A stretch of 64,000 bases of DNA from Zygnema circumcarinatum SAG 698-1b (taxonomy: Eukaryota > Plantae > Zygnematophyceae): NCBI GenBank assembly GCA_037447605.1, contig CM074814.1, positions 620,001 through 684,000 of the forward strand, written 5' to 3'. The notes under the pieces are model-generated. The model saw only the letters and a list, made by a program, of their open reading frames with translations. It searched no databases and was not told where the DNA came from. Positions 48,387-64,000 of the stretch are shown in pieces; within the stretch, counting starts at the first letter, position 1; each line of letters opens with the position of its first letter. A program made the translations under genes and the position numbers.

Positions 48387-50740
48387 ATGGCGGCTGCAGG
48401 CGCGTCCTGCTTGCGGGAGGCTCTCTCTCGGCCCAAAGCTCAGGCACTCGCTGGCGAAGAGAAATCCTGCAAGCTGTTCTCTGTTTTTTTGGGGAAGGTG
48501 AAGGCGTGCAAGTCTGTCCGAAACGTTTCGTTTACAGAGAGTGTGGAACTGAGAAGTAGAACGAGAGCAGGATCCATGGGAGCGGCGAAGGCAGTGCTTG
48601 AAATTCCGTTGGAAACAACGGTAGGTTGGGAATCTCGGGGAAACAGTGTTTTGTGCAGTGCTGTGGGGTTTGGACATGTAGGAGGCCCATTGCAGGTTTG
48701 GTCAAATGGCAATGGTTTCTTGAAGACGATGTGAAGTATCGGGAGATAAAAAAACTTATTGTCGAATTATCTGATTTTCATTCATCGGAGTGCGGTTAGC
48801 ATTATTGATAGGTCTTTTGCAAGCCGAGCTCACAGCTGATGCTGTGCAATGTTCATGTAATGAAAGAAAGACAAGGTCGTTTCTCGTGAGCTATCAAAAC
48901 ATTCTGACTGGTAAAACATGAAGTTGACACGAAGATTTGGACCTTCAGGAAAGCGATGGCACTTGCTTATCATCGATGTTCTTAGTATAGCGAGACTAGA
49001 ACGGCTATCATTTAGTGTATTCTTCCAGTCTGTGCAAGCTCCTCGTCCTCTCAACCTTGGCATTTTTGCTATCCAGTTAATGAAGAATAATTGCATTTGT
49101 TAAAGTCGTGACTCCCTCGGATCATTTTTCAATGACTTGTGCATGCTTTTGCAGGTTGCGGTTGAGCAGCTGCCCGAGCTTATGGTGAGAACTTTATTGA
49201 TTTATGCTTATCACTTAAGCTTAAAAAATACTTTTGACTACAGCACGGGGGATATAGTTCTCTTTACTTTCTTCGTGCCTATTGTCCAAAGACTTGGCTC
49301 ATGTAATTCTTTTCTATTTTCGTGATGTGCAGACTGAGTTCATGGTGGATATGAAGTGCGACGGCTGTGTGAAGAACGTCCGCGGCAAAGTGGAGCCACT
49401 TGAAGGTGCGCTCTCCAACTTGTCTTTGCTGAAGTGGCAGGTTCAATCCTTAAATTCTGGGCGAATCTTTGCTTGCAAATGGAGCACAATCAGGCCAGTC
49501 AGAATTGAAGACTTGCTGGCCTTCTCATGCTTAGCGAAGTCCAACCTGATTGCATATTGAGCTTGGCTGGCATCACGGAAGTCCTTCTATTTGTGTTTAT
49601 GGTGACTTCTAAGTCTTTCTCCTGCTTTAAAGTCACGCAAGAAGCTTATTATGCTTGGCAGGTGTTCAGAAGGTCGACGTAGACCTCACAAATCAAGTGG
49701 TCCGTATTTTGGCAAGCACACCTCTGAAGAATTTGACAGCAGCATTGGATAAGTCGGGTAGAAAATATCGCCTCATTGGACAGGGCTCTCCTGAAGGTGA
49801 GGTGCCAGGACACCACTTCTGAGAATGGCGTAAACTTAAGATATTGGCATGATTGTCATTCGCACACATTCCAACTTGTGTCAACCTTGGCAGGTTCAAA
49901 AATGATGCAAGTATGTACCACTCTTATTTGCAGTAAACAATGCATCTCTTCTTGAGATTTACTTGCATTTAGCGGGAGTCGTGTATACGTGCATGCTTCC
50001 GTGTACAGTACGCTGTTTCTGTATGCATGCTCATTTCTTCTAACGCTCAATGATGTCCTTTTTTTTTTGGTCCCTTCCTGCAGAGCTGGCTCTCACAGCT
50101 GCTGTGGCCGAATTCAAGGGGCCGATCATCCATGGAGTGGTGCGGTTTGCGATGGTTAGTCAGGAGCTTGCACGAGTGGAGGCCCAATTTGATGGTCTTT
50201 CTCCGGGACCCCACGGCTGGTCGGTTAACACATATGGCGACCTTACACGGGGAGCCGCCAGTACAGGAGATCACTACAACCCCACAGGCGCAGCCCATGG
50301 CTCTCCAGACGATGAGGTCAGCTTCCTGTCCAGTGGCAACCAAATTACCCATCTGCCTTGAAATTTGAATGAGACATTTTGAACGTAGAACAGAGTGTGC
50401 TTACAAAGTGTACTTCTTTGTGAGACTCTTGCAGGACTGCCATGTGGGCGATCTTGGAAACATCATTGCGGATGAGAATGGCCATGCGGAATATTCGGCT
50501 GCCAACAAGAAGCTGAAGGTCTGGGACCTGATAGGCCGAGCTGTTGTGGTATATGAGGGGGAGGATGACTTAGGAATGGGCGGGAAGCCCTGCTCTAAGG
50601 AAAACGGAGAAGCGGGAGTCGGCATTGCTGCAGCTGTGATTGCTCGGAGTGCGGGAGTGGGAGAGAATTACAAGAACCTCTGCACATGTGATGGAACGGT
50701 CATATGGGAGGCCACTCCTAACGACTTTGTTAAGCAGTAA
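48387..50740 (+). CDS. CCS: Copper chaperone for superoxide dismutase
   Basis: Exons about 48387-48620, 49333-49406, 49663-49797, 50083-50314, 50434-50740. HMA motif TEFMVDMKCDGCV; SOD-like domain (HGWSVNTYGDLT, GDLGN, LIGRAVVV); C-terminal CXC (LCTCDG); N-terminal transit-peptide-like extension. Confidence 0.95.
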
Positions 50741-51699
50741 CTCGCGGCAGTGAGAGAGTATGGGAGGGAAGCTGTGAGTTAGGGTTTGTGAGTAAGAATG
50801 GTCTTATCTAGAAGGACGGAGAGAGATAGAAGCAGGTACAGTATACCGTACATGGTGACTTAGGGCTCTGAAAACCGAGACCTTGGGAGGGGGCAAGGTC
50901 TCTAGCTTAGCATTGGGAGAGTTGTGCATATGTTGTGCTATGGCGTGTTTTATGATAATGAAGTACATACAGTATTCCTGCACTCTAAAAGCAGAATGTA
51001 ATGTAAGAGTAGGAAGAGAGCCACGTCCTTTGGTCGCTGTAACATGTGATGGTGATAGTGGCGCCTCATACTCATCTTCTGTCAATGTGGATTTCATGCA
51101 TGTTATGTTATGTCAGCATAAGGTCAGGACTAATCTTCTTTCTCGTTAGCACTCCCCCAGGTTATTATGGTTTGGTACCCACAACATGCTTAGTCCTTCG
51201 CTTCAGGCAGTAAGTTTCCTCAAGAGGTCTTGAGCTGTGTCACTTCGTTTTCTTTGATCACTTCGCTATCCCGACTTTCACAACAAAGACATACGCAGTG
51301 AGTCAACAAAGACGAAGGCATGGGAGGGAACAGAACCTCTGGCGCACTCGAACATCACCAGCCTTCCTCTGACATCACGGACACCTTTGAGATCAAAATT
51401 ACAAAAGAAAACTATAAACAAGAGCGTTCCTAACAACTATCCTTGACAAAAATAAAAAGATGGCTATGCGGCAAAGAAGCTGGTTCCATTCCAGCTGCTA
51501 AGAACCCAAAGAAACGGAATTGTAAGAGAATTCAGCTACTACCCCTTCTCCCTCCATCTGCAAGGACCCTTACAGGTAGAGTCTAAAGGAGCAGAATGAT
51601 GGCTGGACGATTTAAAGATCATATCTACAATGGGAGCAGCTATTGCGTTCTCTCTCAAAGCTAAGGGTTAGAATGCTATCCTTATTGGTGCCCTCACAT

Positions 51700-52121
51700 C
51701 TAGGTTGGCTTCTCATATGTGTTTTCATCCATCCACTGCTGGCATCGTTTCAGAACCATTTCTGCAACATCTGGCTGTATGAAAAGATGAGTGTCATCCA
51801 GTTTGTAAAGAATGAACTTTTCAGCTGGTTTTCGCTGATTGTCCAAGCTGATAATGTACTGCGCCATGGGAATATCGCTGTAGCCACGTGAAGCACAAAA
51901 ACCACAAGAAGGAATCAGTAGTCAAGCTTGAAAACGTTGCTTGCAGCTTTTCCAAACGATAGCCACAAGCCACTCCCGTCTGCTTGTTCGAAGACACTCA
52001 AAAGGGTTCAAAAAAGTGTGAAGCTCTTCTTCTCACGAGACATGCCCAGGCATATGCAACGGCGGAGGGGTCACTTTCAAGCTCACCACTCAACAAGGAC
52101 GCCCTTCTGTGCATTCACCAT
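51700..52121 (-). CDS. TFB5: TFIIH subunit p8 (Tfb5/TTDA), 70 aa, two exons
   Basis: Exons 52121-52087 and 51877-51700 give MVNAQKGVLVECDIPMAQYIISLDNQRKPAEKFILYKLDDTHLFIQPDVAEMVLKRCQQWMDENTYEKPT*, with the Tfb5 signatures GVLVECD and LDDTHLF. Confidence 0.9.
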
Positions 52122-52937
52122 GGCTGATACTCCGTGCTTATAGCCGTCAATCAATTCTCTGCATACGCAGTGCACGATTACAGAGGTGTCAGATGTACGG
52201 TATGATAAGCAGCTCAACGTCGAATACACCCAATAAGGGAAAAACGCGAGCAAAGGAATCATTCTGTATTTGAAAATCACATCAAAACTCTGATCCAGGA
52301 ACGCTTAAATTAGCAAAGCAGCCTCCAAAGTCGTCTTGAGAGCAATCAGCAATGTTTCCTCCACGCTTCAAATTCAGACCTGCTTGAACAAGCAAACGAA
52401 TTAGGTCCCAAGAAAATAAAGGGATAGTTTCAATTCTACAGACCCTGCATTCAGACTCATGTGCACCTTACCTTGCTAGTTACACCGCACTGAACTTCTG
52501 AATAATAAAAATCCTATTGACCCCTCCGCATCCCTATCCGAGAGGCATCCTGTGAAATAGAGCTCAAAAAATAATCGATGAAACGATAAAAAAAAGGCGA
52601 AAATATGCAAGCAGGAACCTTTCGCAAATTTGTATCTCCAGTTTGTGTCAATCTGCGCTATCCAGTAACCGCCCTCTACAAGGGCTCACTTTCCTTATTA
52701 TGAGAAGCTCCCCTCAGCAGCTGTAAGCAGAACACCTGCCAATGAGCATCCGCCACGTATGCAATATTATACACGTGGCGTATCACCATTGGAGCATTCG
52801 CGTTTAGGTGGTTCTAGTGCGCAAATGCAAGAAATGGCCTTCTTTCCCTTTTCCTTCATATGCCAAAGCTCTCTTTCCTTCACCCCTTAGCTCTTGGGCG
52901 CAGGAGACTGGAGAGTTTGTAAGCAGAGCGTGCGTCC

Positions 52938-56226
<3,289 letters not shown>

Positions 56227-57296
56227 TGTGGCAAATGATTTGGAAGTTTGGCTGTACATAGTTTAGCCTTCGAATTAAACATACCATGTTTGGAAAGAAG
56301 TGAATGTCGGCTTCATAGTGTAATGACCCATAGGTCGTATGAGGCAGAAGTACGGGGGGGGGGGCACCTTCTGCTTCTAATTACCATTCGTTGTACCGTT
56401 AGATAGCTCAAACATCGTGACATTTTAACCTAAATGGTCGAAGTGGAGGGTTTGTCTCTAGAGCCATGCGTGTATTCGCGTATGGGAATGAGACAGCATG
56501 TCTTGGAATGCGAACTTGTAAAGGGTGTCTGTCTATCGTAACGGTCTTTGGGCGCATTCGTGATGGAGCCAACATGACATGGAGATTTCATGACCTGCAG
56601 TTTCATGCCCAACACATTGTGCAGTGTCCCAAGAAGGCTATCTCCATGAATCGCTGTTACACCATGCAAGAAAAAAAAAAACGATGAGCTTCTCCATGCA
56701 GTGCTCACGTGTACAGTTCCGTAATTGGTAGAACAGTCCATGGAACCGCTCCCAGGCACGCGCAAGATCGGGAGGCTGCAGCCAATCAGAGGTGCGGCTG
56801 GCGTCAGTTTTGACACGTGGTACTCCCTTATTGTTCTATTTGTTGCCCGCGACAATGCTGACCTCATACCGACGTGGCACGCTGAGAATCTCCGGAAGAG
56901 TTTCGCGAACTTTCTGGCGACAATATTGAAATTTGTTTTCATGGTTCGAAACGATTTTGGAAAGCTACCCAAAAATGAGCCGAAACTGGTGCTCTGGCCA
57001 ATCGCAGACGTAGGATCTTCCTCAATGTCTTTCTTTAAGTATTTGTTTCTGCCCGTAAGTCTTCTCATATTTGAAAATAAATCTTTTTATTTTTTAAGGA
57101 CGAGCCAAATTTCTCTGCGACTCGGCAAGCATAGAAACTGCGACTGGTCGAAATTGGACGGCTTTTGGAACGTGTACATGTAACCTTGAAAGCAGCGATT
57201 ACTTTCTGCTGCCTTCACTGCTGCTCCCCTGCAGTGAGAAAGAGAAGAAGTCTATTTCTACAGAAAGGAGAAGGGAAAACTTAGCTTTTTTCCGCC

Positions 57297-60241
57297 ATGG
57301 TAATGTTATGCAGGATGATGTAATAATTTTTTTGCTTGTTTTTCATGCATGTTTTCCATTCTTGCTGTCAGTGGTATGATGTGGAAAGAAAGCCTCCGTC
57401 GGAGCACTGTGTGTGCTCTGACTGCTATTAGGAAGGAGGAGAGAGGCTTCTGAGATATATGAATCTGAATGAGCCCTGAAGCGCTTGCAGCACTTCTAAT
57501 CTCGCTTTTGATGCGGCTCTGTGCTTATTTGCAAATTCTGACTCCCAGGTCATAAAGGTTTAATCAAAGAAATGCGACCGGTTATGTTTGAACATTTTTT
57601 TCTCGAGGATTTTCTTACTGTATTTCTTCATGTCCCTTTGGAAACGAGCAGCAGCTCTCAGAAAACTCATTAAGGCCAGTGATCTTGTGCAGGTGAACAA
57701 GGCTGTCGCCGTCTTGAAAGGCTCTGCTTCAGTGGAGGGATCGGTTACCTTGACTCAGGAAAATGATGGTTCGGCTCCTACCACTTTTCTTAATGCAGCT
57801 ATTACTCGCTGCTCGTTTTGAACTTTACTGTCACTTTATTGTCAAGATTTTATGGTCTTTAATTTTTTTTCATCTTAAAGCTCGATGTCTGAAAGCCTTG
57901 CTCTGTAGAAATAGCAATTCACATCTTCTTTAAAAACTAGAGGGTTATTGCTCCTTGGGGGGCATATCAGTAGAAGTTTATTTGTTAATAAAAGTGTCGA
58001 ATCTATCGTAATTGGGTGGCAGTATTTGGCTCCATCTAAATCGTTTTACCACAATTTTGCTAATTTTGGAGATGTATATTGAATCTTGCAGGACCCACGT
58101 CCATAAACGTGAAGCTCAGTGGCTTGGCCCCTGGCAAGCACGGCTTCCACATCGTAAGTTGGGGCTATAGTCTATGTTGTAGTTTATGCCATCCGTACAG
58201 TCCTGCATTCAAGTGGGTTAACTGATGTGATAGGAATGTGGAGATGAAGATGCTATTTTCCTTGTACTGCTTCTGCTGTTCAACTTCTCTCCTCTCTCCT
58301 TTTGAATGGATTGGCTTACATTTTGTGCTGGCCGTTTCATTCTCTTTCTTTCAGCATCAGTTTGGAGACACGACCAATGGCTGCATGTCTACCGGTACGC
58401 ATTTTCTTCACTTTCTGTCGACTGTTCCTCTTTTGTCGATTTGAACGTGTTCTTTAGATTATGGTCAACGCTTCCTCAAATCTCCTCGTTTGTTTACTAA
58501 ACAATCTGTTCATGGTGCATTGTAAGCATTGGCTGTAAGCAGACACGTGACTGTCTACATATGCAGAAAATGATTGAATTTCCTTTTGTTCCGTTCGTGA
58601 TTTGTGCAGGTCCTCATTTCAACCCGGAGGGGAAGACCCATGGAGCCCCGGACGATGAAGTCCGCCATACTGGTGACTTGGGCAATGTAATCGCAGGCTC
58701 AGACGGTACGATGTTCTGCGGTGTTTCATATTCAGCTGTATTCAGGCAGAACGGAAAATTTAAACTTTGAAAGTAACGTGTCAAGTTGGAGTTGCGATGA
58801 TGGCAGTCAAGGTCAAGATGTCAATTCGATCCGTTGAACCTGAGTTCAGATGCGGCAAGATGAACGAATTGCAGCTGAGGTTATTAAGGAGAATTAACCT
58901 GCTGGTTCAAGCTCCAGTTCTGTTCAAATTCTTCCTTATGGAAATCCATGGCTCCGGCTTTGGGGGGTTTCAGGAACTGTTGACATCACTATTGTAGACA
59001 AGAAGGTGAGAATGATCTACTTGCATCTTTCCATGTTTCTAACTTCAACGTGAAACGCTGAAAATCCACTGGTGTGCCCTGGCCAATCTGATTTCTGCAA
59101 GTATCCTGGGGATGGTTAATCTTGAAACTTGTCACCATTAAACTCCGACGTTGTTCCGTATTATAATGAGTTTTCCTTCAAACCTTGGGCGCTTGATTGC
59201 AGGTTACATTGACTGGCCCGAACTCGGTTGTGGGAAGAGCGTTTGTTGTGCACGAGGCTGAGGATGACCTTGGCAAAGGTAAGCGTCTTGGCCGACAACG
59301 GTGGTTCTGTATGCTGAATTCGTGTAAATCGAGTGAAGCCAATCGTTCACAAATGTGATCATACTCGTCTTCCTCCTCCCAAAATTGTAGACATCACCGC
59401 TTCAGGGAGCCATTTGGAGCAAGTCCAATATGTGCAACTCAGACTTTTGTGGAGGTTCTGAGCTTAGCCGTCTTAGCTAGACTTACAAGAGTACGCGAAT
59501 ACGCAGAAATGCCTTGAAAGCTATGATGACCTTTTCATGAAGACTGGATCGATTTCGTTAAGCAGATACTTTGAATCGGTTAGAAGAACTAGGACTAGAA
59601 GTTGCATTTTGCTGGCCCAGATATGTGTATATCAGTCAGATGCCCTTTTGAGCTGTTCTAATTGCTGTACACTTCATATCACTGAAAGGAGGGAGGAGCG
59701 AGAAGGACGGGATGTATCCCATTTTACCTTGCCTAGAAAATGCCTTACTGTGCATGGTGTATTCTCCACAGGTGGTCACGAGCTGAGCCTTACAACTGGA
59801 AACGCCGGAGGCCGTCTTGCCTGCGGTGAGTACCCCACCGATGTATTCTTGGAGGTGTTTTGTATGAGGGCACGGGACAGTTCCTTTCGAGTGAACGGGC
59901 ATCATGTTGTTACTGCGTCTTTTGCATTCACCCAGATTAGCACGTGATGGGTCTTCTCTGTGCAAACATGGTCACATACTGAGCCAACAAATATGAGATC
60001 TCTCAATCTCTGAACTGACTCCTGATGTATATGTTTGTGTTAGTGTAAGTGTCAGTGTATAGTTCCTCACAAATTCCCCCTGACATTGTTACCACAGTGA
60101 AAGTCCCTTTCGGTAAGGAATAAAGTAATGAACAATGTCATCTGTTCGCTCAAACATCTGGATGTAGGTATGTGCCCGTTACCGTGGTTCTGAGTGATGA
60201 TGTTTGGGGGAATCGCAGGAGTGATTGGGTTCACCCCTTGA
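57297..60241 (+). CDS. Cu/Zn superoxide dismutase (CSD2/plastid-type sequence features)
   Basis: Exons: ATG (57297-99) | [10 protein letters not shown].. | GPTSINV..HGFHI | [13 protein letters not shown] | [19 protein letters not shown] | [11 protein letters not shown] | [25 protein letters not shown] | [18 protein letters not shown] | GVIGFTP*. All Cu/Zn ligands, both Cys and the catalytic Arg are present. Confidence 0.93.
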
Positions 60242-60639
60242 ACGGCGCATTAAGAGAAAAGTGAGGTGGTTGTACCATACCTATGTAGCCGGGTCATCTG
60301 CAATGGGACTGGTGGAAATCCCGCTGTAGCACGGGCTGGTTCACCAGATTAGGGTTATGTGAGGCGGGGGTGTACCTAAGCATTGGTTTTGGTGCCATGT
60401 GAAGTTTTTGAAGAGGCAATAAAGCTTTCTGGTTCCTGTTTTCTGGTTTGTTGGAGACTTCGACGTTTGTGCATGTCGCAAGATATGGGGGTTTTGTGCT
60501 TTCCGCCGTTTTTAAAGTTTGAGGGTGCTGTTTGGAAGACGCTTTCACTTTGTGTTGAGAAGCCACGAATTTGCAAATCGACAGTACACGAAACATGTAT
60601 TATTGTGTCTGTTACTTCCCACAAGTCGAAAAAACCCAA

Positions 60640-63600
60640 AATTGTTCTTGTTGTTCATGTCGTTCACTATTTGTTTGACGCCATTCAACAAAGTACAGAG
60701 GGTGGAAAGGCTGCTTGGAGAGAGAAATGCGCGCTAGCTCAAGGAGGAAGACCGCGGAAACGTCTTTCCCTCTCCCCTTCCATTTCCCTCCGCCTGCCGA
60801 TTTGGCGGAAGGAGGGAAGGGAGGGCGCGGAGGGGGGGCGCACCCCCCTAGAAGGTGCCTAGAAGGTGTCAGCGAACAACACGTGTCAACAAATGCCCAG
60901 ACGGATGCTATGGGCACAGTGCTGTTGTTTGATTGTTAATGCAAAATCTAAGCTCGTGCAATCACGTAGACTAGAGACTATAAGAGACGAGGGGGGAACC
61001 CCGAGCATCCTCAGCCCCATCGAATTCCCCGTAAGAGAAGGGGTCACCCTCCTCATCCGGGTTCTCCTCCATCGGATGGTTCTCTTGGACCCCAAGGATG
61101 GGAGGTGGAGGTTCCGAGTCGGCGTCTCCCGCCGTGCGGCGTGTGGTCGCCATTGAAGCACAGGACCAATAAACCGCTGGCTCTGATACCAAATGTAACA
61201 AGCCGTGAGCCGAGGGCTCTCAGCTTGCTTGCGGAAATCACTCCTAAGAAGATAATGCTGGTTTCCAGGTCGAATGCAAGTGCATCGTTCAATGCCCTTG
61301 CATTCGTCCCACGGCCCTTTAATACGCTCCCGCCGTCGAACCCTCTACCAGCGTGAGGAACCGTGAGGAACCGGGAGTAAGGCTAGCCAATGGCGTAACG
61401 TCACGTGGCCAATCTTTTACCCACGCCAATGATTTTTTTGTATTAGTCAGCGGGCCGGTCGCATTCCGACATGCGAAAGCGGTCGTGGTCGCGTTCCGAT
61501 GCGCGAACGCGACGCGCGACGCCGCAAAGTCGCCGTCAGTTCGTACCATTCATACGGCTCCGTACTACTGTACAGTGGATTCGTACAGTGTCCAACCCGT
61601 ATGGAGATCTCCAGGATGCGCAGGGCACCGTGGTGGCTGTAGCATTCGCTACAAAAGCAGTGCTCATATGACGATGGGCACACTGCTGTTGCCTGACTGC
61701 ACATTTAAAATCGAAGCTCGTACAATCTTGTACCACCACGTGGCATTGCTTGACTGGGTGGTCGCGCTTGTCGCATGCGAAAGGGAGCTGGACTGCCACC
61801 CGTACAAAGAGGCGGAAGCTGCCGGCCGGCGGAACGGCCCGCCTCGCCGGCCAGCCGGCCGGTTGAGTTCGGACGGCCGCCCTCGCAATCATTGCGCTTT
61901 AGTTTTATGGGCAAGTTAGCATGCAGTCGTACCGACAATTTTGTCCCGTAGTGACTGACGATTCTGACGGGCCTGCCCTGGCCCGGATCCCGCCGGGATC
62001 ACTTTCGTCCTTTCCTCCGCCCAGCGCCAATCGCAGGTCTCCCTCTCCCTCTCCCTCCCTCTCCCAGAGCCTCCGTCTGCCGCCCATGGCAGAGAGAGAG
62101 AGAGAGAGGATAGAGAGTGCGGGGTGTTCGAGGTCTATATGTAGGTGGATAGTTCCTTGACAGCTGCCTTTCTTATTTTATGGTGAGGAGAGGAGAGGCT
62201 GCACGTAGGCGGTAGTGAAAAAATGTGTTTCTGGAATGTAAAGGTCGCGGCTAGTGCATTCATTTTTATATTAACGGAGTGAGAAGCTTAATATTTTTTA
62301 CACTAATTGTTTTGCTACTAATTGTTGATGCAACGCCCTCCGTTGGTGCCGCTGAAGCAGCACTCTCTCTGGGTGGCGTTACCACTTGTCCCACACCCTC
62401 GGTGGGACTTAACATCTGCTATGATTCGCTCACTCACATTCACAAGATGTGGACACAAGGAACACACTCAGTGTAAGAGAACAACTCAGTGGAAATTAGA
62501 AAATGTACGGAGAAAGCCTCTAGCCCTAAAAATCCTTAAGATAAAAAATGAATACAACTTGACAACCCTAGAACCAAGCTTCAACCACCTCTATCCCAAG
62601 CTGCGTGAATACACCACCCCACTACAAGCCCAACACTTCCCACTATCTTCTGGGCCCAAAGTAAGATATCCTCACTGCACTGCGAGTCACGAGAAGGTCA
62701 ACCTTCTCCAGAACCGCTCCCCTTATATAGGAGAAAGGGGAGATTGATGGAGAAATGGCATTGAACTCACGATGGCGAGGCCATCAAAATGTTCACGGAC
62801 AAAAGCAGCATGGGGAACCACGAGGAACTCACCTTACACAGGTACGAGTCTGTGACGTGACACTGTCATGTTGACCGTACGCAACCTACGCGACCTATCC
62901 TCTGCCCGGCCGTACAGTCTGCCGCCCGGCTGTGCATGTTCCGCCCCCTGGGCCCTGGCAAGTCCTGACGCGGTTGACCCAGTTGACCGCGTGACCGCGT
63001 CAGACCCGCTGAACCACTAAAGGTGCACGTGGCGCCACCGCATTCGCATGTCGACATTCTGAAAAATTCACCTGCGCCGACATCAAACTTGGCGCGCCGT
63101 GCATAGTACGGACGCACGGTCGTGTGACGGCAAAGCCGCGGAGGGGTCGTCGGCCGCCCAGCCCTCCACCTCTGTTCCTTGAGGCCATGGCTGCCGCGGA
63201 CGAGGCGGAGGTGGGGCGAGCTCTTCGTGGTGACATTCAGGAGCGTACGCGAAACGTTCGGCCTGCATGGGAAGGCGTACGCGTGTTCCGGGAAAAGGGA
63301 GAATCAATCTGCACACAAGCCATGAACTTTTGGCTTCTGGCAAGGGATCTCCGAGTTAAGACTCTTGCTCGCAATAGGATGGAGCTCTTCGACCCATACA
63401 TTGAAAAGCTCGATCGTGCCATTAATATCGCAGGTGAATGCAGGATGAGAGAAAACTTCTGGACCTGGCTCTTCAACAATAAGCGTGAGGTGTCCAATAT
63501 ACTCGATGACATCCTTGCGAAGATGACTGGTTACCACACTGCTCTTATACAATTACAGAGGGAGGCAAGATGTTGCGTATCACTTGAGTATGTGACGGAC

Positions 63601-64000
63601 TTCCTGAAAGCCTGCACTTCATGTTTGGTCGCCCTCACCAACTGTTTGAGGCCGTTTACGCCTCAACAGTCTGCCCTTATTGCCCTTGCCGGTGCTTCCC
63701 TAGCTTCGGAGACTGAACGGTTTGTGGAGGATCAGGCAATGACGCTTGAAGAGGTGAAGTCTGAACCCCTGCTCTGGAAGATTCCAGAGGCATTCAGAAG
63801 CTTATGGTTCTAGAATCCTACATTTTTTTATATCCTTAAAGTTCAGAGTTTCTTGCTGTGGGGTTGTTTGAATAATGTCCTAAGAGGCTGTAGGGCTGTA
63901 GGTTTGTATTCTAGTTAGTTTGCAGGTTGATGAGTTTCAGAGTGTTGGGACTTAGCGCTGTTCCTCTCGGTACGGTTGGTATTGCACTCGAGATTCGTAT
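60640..64000 (+). repeat. Copy B of the duplicated orphan cassette (runs off the window end)
   Basis: Reverse-complement homology to 33120-36640; carries an extra segment at about 60970-61670. Confidence 0.85.
63187..63813 (+). CDS. Orphan helical protein, copy B (208 aa, single exon)
   Basis: GCCATGG start at 63187; intact ORF; about 78% identical to copy A over the first about 153 aa (manual count); TATA-like CTTATATAG at about 62722. Confidence 0.65.
   Translation: MAAADEAEVGRALRGDIQERTRNVRPAWEGVRVFREKGESICTQAMNFWLLARDLRVKTLARNRMELFDPYIEKLDRAINIAGECRMRENFWTWLFNNKREVSNILDDILAKMTGYHTALIQLQREARCCVSLEYVTDFLKACTSCLVALTNCLRPFTPQQSALIALAGASLASETERFVEDQAMTLEEVKSEPLLWKIPEAFRSLWF

Noticed and set aside
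56430-57183. Overlapping ORFs 56430-57068(-) and 56725-57183(+)
   Set aside because: No recognisable motifs; they lie in the presumed SOD promoter region.
58668-58690. miR398 target site in the SOD coding region
   Set aside because: TACTGGTGACTTGGGCAATGT has many mismatches to the miR398 complement, including the region pairing with the miRNA 5' end.

Overview
Eukaryotic nuclear scaffold, intron-rich, with CT/GA low-complexity introns, telo-boxes and three 10-N gaps (15716-25, 22011-20, 31855-64). The gene set is plant-type, so a streptophyte green alga or early-diverging plant is likely (inference). Spliced genes reconstructed by hand: an NTMC2T5-like SMP/C2 protein (5' end outside the window), the golgin CASP, a 3-beta-HSD/decarboxylase-reticulon fusion, a divergent G-protein beta subunit, a secreted two-domain extensin-like glycoprotein, a NOSIP/CSU1 RING ligase, the copper chaperone CCS, TFIIH subunit TFB5 (missed by the ORF track), a PHYHD1-like dioxygenase and a Cu/Zn-SOD. 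Mobile DNA: a hAT element with perfect TIRs and 8-bp TSD, a 767-bp fully palindromic pogo/Tc1-like MITE, and a 4-kb TA-flanked TIR element whose inverted arms each carry a tRNA-Cys-like cloverleaf. Strongest leads: (1) that twin-tRNA foldback element; (2) a possible copper module, with CCS about 9 kb from its client Cu/Zn-SOD and 11 GTAC (CuRE-core) motifs in 141 bp of the CCS promoter; (3) a duplicated orphan cassette encoding a helical protein that may be an MLKL/RPW8/MCAfunc-type four-helix bundle; (4) a dispersed 30-bp hairpin motif found five times. No database searches were run; family calls rest on recognised motifs.
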